A DNA stretch of 64,000 nt from an uncultured Spirochaetota bacterium. GTDB taxonomy: Bacteria > Spirochaetota > Spirochaetia > SZUA-6 > CAVTHK01. The notes under the pieces are model-generated. The model was not told the origin of the DNA, did not search any database, and saw only the letters and a program-made list of their open reading frames with translations. Below, in pieces: positions 59,674 to 64,000 of the stretch (positions are counted from its first letter, which is position 1; each line of letters starts with the position of its first letter). The translations under genes were made by a program, and so were the position numbers. The stretch covers positions 192,001 through 256,000 of the forward strand of contig CAVTHK010000011.1 of the NCBI GenBank assembly GCA_963734495.1. Direction: 5' to 3'.

Positions 59674-59704
59674 GTGGGTCAGAGGCGCGCAGCCTCTGAC
59701 CCAC
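59674..59704 (+). terminator. Perfect 13-bp hairpin after the SBP gene (no U-tract)
   Basis: GTGGGTCAGAGGC-gcgca-GCCTCTGACCCAC. Confidence 0.7.
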
Positions 59705-59731
59705 TCGATCTGGCAGACGAGGTGACCGGTG

Positions 59732-60652
59732 ATGCGCGCGCTACGGACCCGTGGTTTCGTGCGGAGAGTGCTGGCCCCCAGGACCTTCGAGGACAGGCTG
59801 CTGCGGGCCGGCTATGCGTTCGCGCTGCCCGCCCTGATCGTGTACTGCGTGGTCGTCGTGTACCCGACGATCTCCACCACGATCCTCAGCTTCTACAAGT
59901 GGACCGGGTTCACGAAGAGCCGCGAATGGGTCGGGCTCGGCAACTACGTGCGGCTGGCGAACGACGAGCTCGTGCGACAGGCGTTTGTCCACAACCTGGT
60001 CTGGGTCGTGGGGGCCGTGTGCTTTCCGCTGTTCTTCGGGCTCATCGCTTCGGTCCTGATGACAAGCAACATCGCGGGCCGCTACTTCTTCAGGGTCGTG
60101 TTCTACCTTCCGATGATCTTTCCCCCGGTCGTCACGGCCATCGTCTGGCAGTGGATGTTTGCGACGAGCATCGGGCTGGTCAACTCGTTCCTGAGGTTCA
60201 TCGGGCTGGGGTTCCTCGCGCAGCCGTGGCTCGGCCGGCCGGAGACGGCGCTGCTGGCCCTGATAGGCGTCTTTGCCTGGATATTCTTCGGCTTCTGCGT
60301 CGTGATCATACTGGCTGCGCTGCAGACGGTGGACCCCAACCTCAAGGAGGCAGCGCGCATCGACGGGGCTAACGCGCCCCAGATCACGATCTACATCACG
60401 CTTCCCTCGATCAGGCACGAGCTGGAGTTCATGGTCCTCTTCATGGTCATCACGGCGATGAAGGTCTTTAACCTGCCCTACATCATGACCGGCGGTGGCC
60501 CCGGTTACGCGACCGAAGTGGTGGCGACCGTGATGTACCAGAAGGCGTTCGGCGAGAGCCAGATGGGCTACGGGGCCGCGATCGCCACGGCGCTGATGGT
60601 CGTCGTGGTCGCCGCCTACGCGCTCAGCCGCATGCGGCGCAAAGAGGCCTAA
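59732..60652 (+). CDS. Carbohydrate ABC transporter permease
   Basis: LAALQTVDPNLKEAARIDGA and MTGGGPG motifs. Confidence 0.93.
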   Translation: MRALRTRGFVRRVLAPRTFEDRLLRAGYAFALPALIVYCVVVVYPTISTTILSFYKWTGFTKSREWVGLGNYVRLANDELVRQAFVHNLVWVVGAVCFPLFFGLIASVLMTSNIAGRYFFRVVFYLPMIFPPVVTAIVWQWMFATSIGLVNSFLRFIGLGFLAQPWLGRPETALLALIGVFAWIFFGFCVVIILAALQTVDPNLKEAARIDGANAPQITIYITLPSIRHELEFMVLFMVITAMKVFNLPYIMTGGGPGYATEVVATVMYQKAFGESQMGYGAAIATALMVVVVAAYALSRMRRKEA

Positions 60653-60655
60653 GCC

Positions 60656-61510
60656 ATGACAGCGCTGTTCATGAGACGCGGGCGCCTGAAGAAGCTGGCG
60701 TCGCTGGGCCTCGTCTACCTCATCCTGATCGGTGTCTCCCTGGCGATCGTGTCGCCCATGCTCTGGATGGGACTCACGTCGTTCAAGGAAAGCATCGAGA
60801 TGTTCAAGGACCCGTTCGGGCTCCCCAAAGAGTGGCACTGGGACAACTTCCCGAAGGCCTGGTTTCAGGGCCGGTTCAACTCCTACTTCCTGAACACCGT
60901 GCTGGTCACCCTTCCCGCGGTGGCCGGCGGGGTGTGCCTTTCGTCCGCATGCGGGTACGCGCTGGGAAAGATGTCCTTTCCGGGAAGATCGGCCATCACC
61001 ACGTTCGTGGTGGCGGGGCTCGCCATCCCCTTGTACTCCATAGTGATCCCCCTGTGGTTCGTGCTCCGGGCGCTCGGGCTCGTCGAAAACCTCCGGGGCG
61101 TCGTCGTCGCCCAGATCGGCACCGGTCTCCCGTTCGGCATCATGCTCATGAGGGCCTTTTTTCTGGGCGTGGACAAGAGTTACGCGGACTCCGCCCGCGT
61201 CGACGGGTGCAACGAGTTCGTGACGTTCTCCCGCGTCGTTCTGCCGCTGGCGAAGCCGGCGGTGCTCGCGCTGATCATCTTCGAGTTCCAGTCGAGCTGG
61301 AACGCGTTCCTGCTTCCACTGCTGATCACGCACGACGAGTCCAAGCGCGTGCTCAACATCGGACTGATGTTCTTCAAGTCGCGTTACGAGACCGATTACT
61401 CCCTGCTGGCTGCGGGGGTGATGATCGCGACGATCCCCATCGTGATCGTCTACCTCGCGTTCAGCCGTTACTTCGTCGAGGGGATATCCGCGGGCGGCCT
61501 CAAGGAATGA
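60656..61510 (+). CDS. Carbohydrate ABC transporter permease
   Basis: DSARVDGC loop; C-terminus FVEGISAGGLKE. Confidence 0.93.
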   Translation: MTALFMRRGRLKKLASLGLVYLILIGVSLAIVSPMLWMGLTSFKESIEMFKDPFGLPKEWHWDNFPKAWFQGRFNSYFLNTVLVTLPAVAGGVCLSSACGYALGKMSFPGRSAITTFVVAGLAIPLYSIVIPLWFVLRALGLVENLRGVVVAQIGTGLPFGIMLMRAFFLGVDKSYADSARVDGCNEFVTFSRVVLPLAKPAVLALIIFEFQSSWNAFLLPLLITHDESKRVLNIGLMFFKSRYETDYSLLAAGVMIATIPIVIVYLAFSRYFVEGISAGGLKE

Positions 61511-61573
61511 CCTCGCGGAGGACCTTTCGACCGGGATCCACAGCACAGATCGCGCAACTGAGGTGAGGCGGAA

Positions 61574-63277
61574 ATGATTCCTGACACTCTCAATCTCGAA
61601 CAGCGGGCGGCGCTCGCCGTGGTCAGCATGTGCGGAGTGGCCGACGAGGGCTACGACTACGTCCCCTACATGCACGCGGACCTGACCGCCCGCCCGGCGA
61701 TGCTGCAGCATTCGCCGTGGGACTACGGGCACAGCGTCGGCCGCCTGGTCGACGGGATAGCGCTCGCGCGGCACATGTCGGGGACGACCCATGGAAGCGA
61801 GGTCGAGGAGAAATACCGCGACCTGCTCCTGCGGCTCTTCAAGCCCGACGGGCTGAGCTACCGCCGCGCCTCGGCGGTGAATGACGAGATCGCCAACATG
61901 CACGACCAGACCCACGTGCTGGGGGCGCTCACCGTATGGCACATGCTCACCGGCGAAAGACGCGCCCGGGATGCGGCCGACCGGCTGTGCGAGGCGATGA
62001 AGCGGATCTCGTCAAAGGACCGGGGCTTCTGGTACCTGCCCTCGGTGGAATACACGGAAAAGGGCTGGCCTTCGCGCGACGCGCTTTTCATGCACACTGC
62101 CGCGGACCCGGCGCACACGAACGGCCGGATGATCAATCCCCTCATCAAGTACTACGAGGTGAGCGGGAACCGCGACGCGCTCGAGCTCGCGGAGAACTAC
62201 GCGGCGCAGGTGGTGATGCACTGCGGGGCCTACAACGCGGACGGGAGCTTCAACAGCTCGATGGAGTTCCGCAACGGGCACTTCCACAGCCGCAACGTGA
62301 CTCTCGCCGCGGTCACCAGGTACGCGAAGTACGCGGGCAACGCCTTCTACCTGGACTGGGCCCGGCGGATCTACGACTGGGTGCTCCGCCAGTGTACGCA
62401 GTTCGGCTGGACGCCCGGGGGGCTCAAGCCGAACAAGGCGTACCTGCACGAGACGTGCACCCTGACCGACGTCATCGAGACAGGAATCCTGCTGGCGCAG
62501 TCGGGCTGGCCGGAGTACTGGAACCAGGTCGAGCGCTTCGTCCGCAATCACCTCGTCGAGGCGCAGCTCGTGCGCGTCGACTGGGTCGAAGAGTCGAGCG
62601 ACCGGAGCAAAGACGAGCGCGGCGAGCGCACCTTCTACAAGGTCGGCGAGCGCATGCTGGGCGCGTTCGCGGGATACGGAGCTCCCAACGACTTCGTGTG
62701 CGAGCAGGGCCACCGAGGCGGGTACCGCTGGGACGTCCAGACCTGCTGTCTCGGGAGCGGAACGAGGGGACTGTTTCTCGCCTGGAGCAACGCAGTCACG
62801 GAGCAGGCGGGGCGAGTGAGCGTAAACCTTCTCATAAACCGTTCCACGAAATGGGCGGACGTGCACAGCTATCTGCCCCACGAAGGGAAGGTAGAAGTCG
62901 TGCTCAAGCAGGATCTGCCGGAGCTGCTCGTGCGCGTGCCGGACTGGGCGGGCTACGACCTGGTGGAGACTACGCTTGCCCGGGAGGGAAGCGCGGCCCA
63001 GCCGTGCGCGCACGGCTGGGGCTACAAGGAGGCGCACGTCACGGTCGGGCCCCTCAAGCGGGGTGACACGGTGACCGTGGCATTTCCCGTGCGGAAGCAG
63101 AAGACGCGGGAGAAGGCCGTGGATTTCGTATACGAGACGGAGTGGCGCGGCGACGACGTGGTGGGGATCAGCCCGGGCGGCACCCATTACCCGCTGTACG
63201 CTTCACGGAAGGTGCTGGACAAGGCCCCTATGAAGAAGGACGACCTGCGGAGAAACGAGCGGGAGATCCGCTGGTGA
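61574..63277 (+). CDS. Divergent GH127-like (alpha/alpha)6 glycoside hydrolase
   Basis: HETC and TCC motifs equivalent to the GH127 Zn/Cys site; C-terminal beta-sandwich with VRVPDWA. Confidence 0.65.
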   Translation: MIPDTLNLEQRAALAVVSMCGVADEGYDYVPYMHADLTARPAMLQHSPWDYGHSVGRLVDGIALARHMSGTTHGSEVEEKYRDLLLRLFKPDGLSYRRASAVNDEIANMHDQTHVLGALTVWHMLTGERRARDAADRLCEAMKRISSKDRGFWYLPSVEYTEKGWPSRDALFMHTAADPAHTNGRMINPLIKYYEVSGNRDALELAENYAAQVVMHCGAYNADGSFNSSMEFRNGHFHSRNVTLAAVTRYAKYAGNAFYLDWARRIYDWVLRQCTQFGWTPGGLKPNKAYLHETCTLTDVIETGILLAQSGWPEYWNQVERFVRNHLVEAQLVRVDWVEESSDRSKDERGERTFYKVGERMLGAFAGYGAPNDFVCEQGHRGGYRWDVQTCCLGSGTRGLFLAWSNAVTEQAGRVSVNLLINRSTKWADVHSYLPHEGKVEVVLKQDLPELLVRVPDWAGYDLVETTLAREGSAAQPCAHGWGYKEAHVTVGPLKRGDTVTVAFPVRKQKTREKAVDFVYETEWRGDDVVGISPGGTHYPLYASRKVLDKAPMKKDDLRRNEREIRW

Positions 63278-64000
63278 GCGCGATCGGATCGGGCGCGAAG
63301 GCGCTCGCGAGGGTCCGCGGCGGCGAAGTGCCGGACACCCTCGTGCTTGAGGACCGAGCGGCGCTGGCCGTCAACGCGCTCGAAGGCTGCGTGGACCAGG
63401 ACCACGGCTCTATCCCGTACATGTTCGTCGACCTTGTTTCGAAGCCGGCGACGATGAGCCACTCCTGCTGGGACTACGGATCGAGCACCGGAAGGCTCGT
63501 GGATTCGCTCGTTCTTGCGAGGGCGATGGTGGGGAACGACGAGCCAAGCGACGTCGAAACGGCGCTCCGCCGCAACCTGCTCGGCTTCCTGCACGAAGAC
63601 GGTCTCAGCTACCGAAGGCGCTCGGCTTTCAGCGAGCCCAACGCCAACATGCACGACCAGCGCGCCACGCTCCTCGGCCTCACGAGCTGGTACTCGGCCG
63701 AAGGCGATGAGACGGCCCGGGCGGCGGCGGACCGGCTCTGCGGGGCCCTCAAGCGGATCTCGCTCAAGGAGAGCGATTTCTGGTACTTCCCGTGCGTCGA
63801 ATACACGGAGCACGGCTGGCCTTCGCCCGACACGCTCTACATGCACACCGCCGTCGACCCCGCTCACACAAACGCGCGGATCATCAACCCGCTGGTGAGG
63901 TTTCACCGCGCGAGCGGCAACAGCGAAGCGCTCGAGCTTGCCGAGAACTACGTCCGGCACACGGTCCACTACAGCGGGGCGTACAACCGCGACGGAAGCT
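63274..64000 (+). CDS. Paralog of the 61574-63277 protein; runs off the right edge
   Basis: GTGA overlap; PDTLVLEDRAALAV...WDYGSSTGRLVD...ANMHDQ...LYMHTAVDPAHTNARIINPL closely parallels the upstream protein. Confidence 0.75.
   Translation, partial: MSAIGSGAKALARVRGGEVPDTLVLEDRAALAVNALEGCVDQDHGSIPYMFVDLVSKPATMSHSCWDYGSSTGRLVDSLVLARAMVGNDEPSDVETALRRNLLGFLHEDGLSYRRRSAFSEPNANMHDQRATLLGLTSWYSAEGDETARAAADRLCGALKRISLKESDFWYFPCVEYTEHGWPSPDTLYMHTAVDPAHTNARIINPLVRFHRASGNSEALELAENYVRHTVHYSGAYNRDGS

Overview
A GC-rich, gene-dense bacterial chromosomal segment. The N-termini of the solute-binding proteins (ASGGKE, GSGQPAKE, FAGPQKE) suggest a free-living Spirochaetota-type organism; this is inference only. 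Most of the window is carbohydrate uptake and catabolism: three CUT1 sugar ABC systems, an Opp/Dpp-type system, GH127-like hydrolases, a split transketolase, a transaldolase and a sulfatase. Housekeeping genes are recQ, an ABC-F/Uup ATPase and tatCBA. I found no rRNA, tRNA, CRISPR array or transposase. Two loci stand out. (1) 4.8-11.6 kb: an RtcR-like CARF-domain sigma54 activator lies directly upstream of a near-perfect -24/-12 promoter (CTGGCACGGCCCTTGCT). That promoter precedes a WYL-transmembrane-EF-hand-transglutaminase-like protease fusion rather than rtcBA. Next to it are a MerR-VWA operon with a perfect palindromic operator and an SF1 helicase with a possible HEPN-like N-terminus. (2) 42.5-52 kb: an Opp-type importer is followed by four tandem, divergent QueG/reductive-dehalogenase-like cobalamin Fe-S proteins, a U32-family Fe-S protein and a zinc-ribbon protein, which may form an uncharacterised anaerobic B12-dependent catabolic pathway. 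Five genes carry scattered frameshifts, and one also has an in-frame stop; these are most likely long-read or assembly errors. All domain calls come from motif recognition by eye, not database searches.
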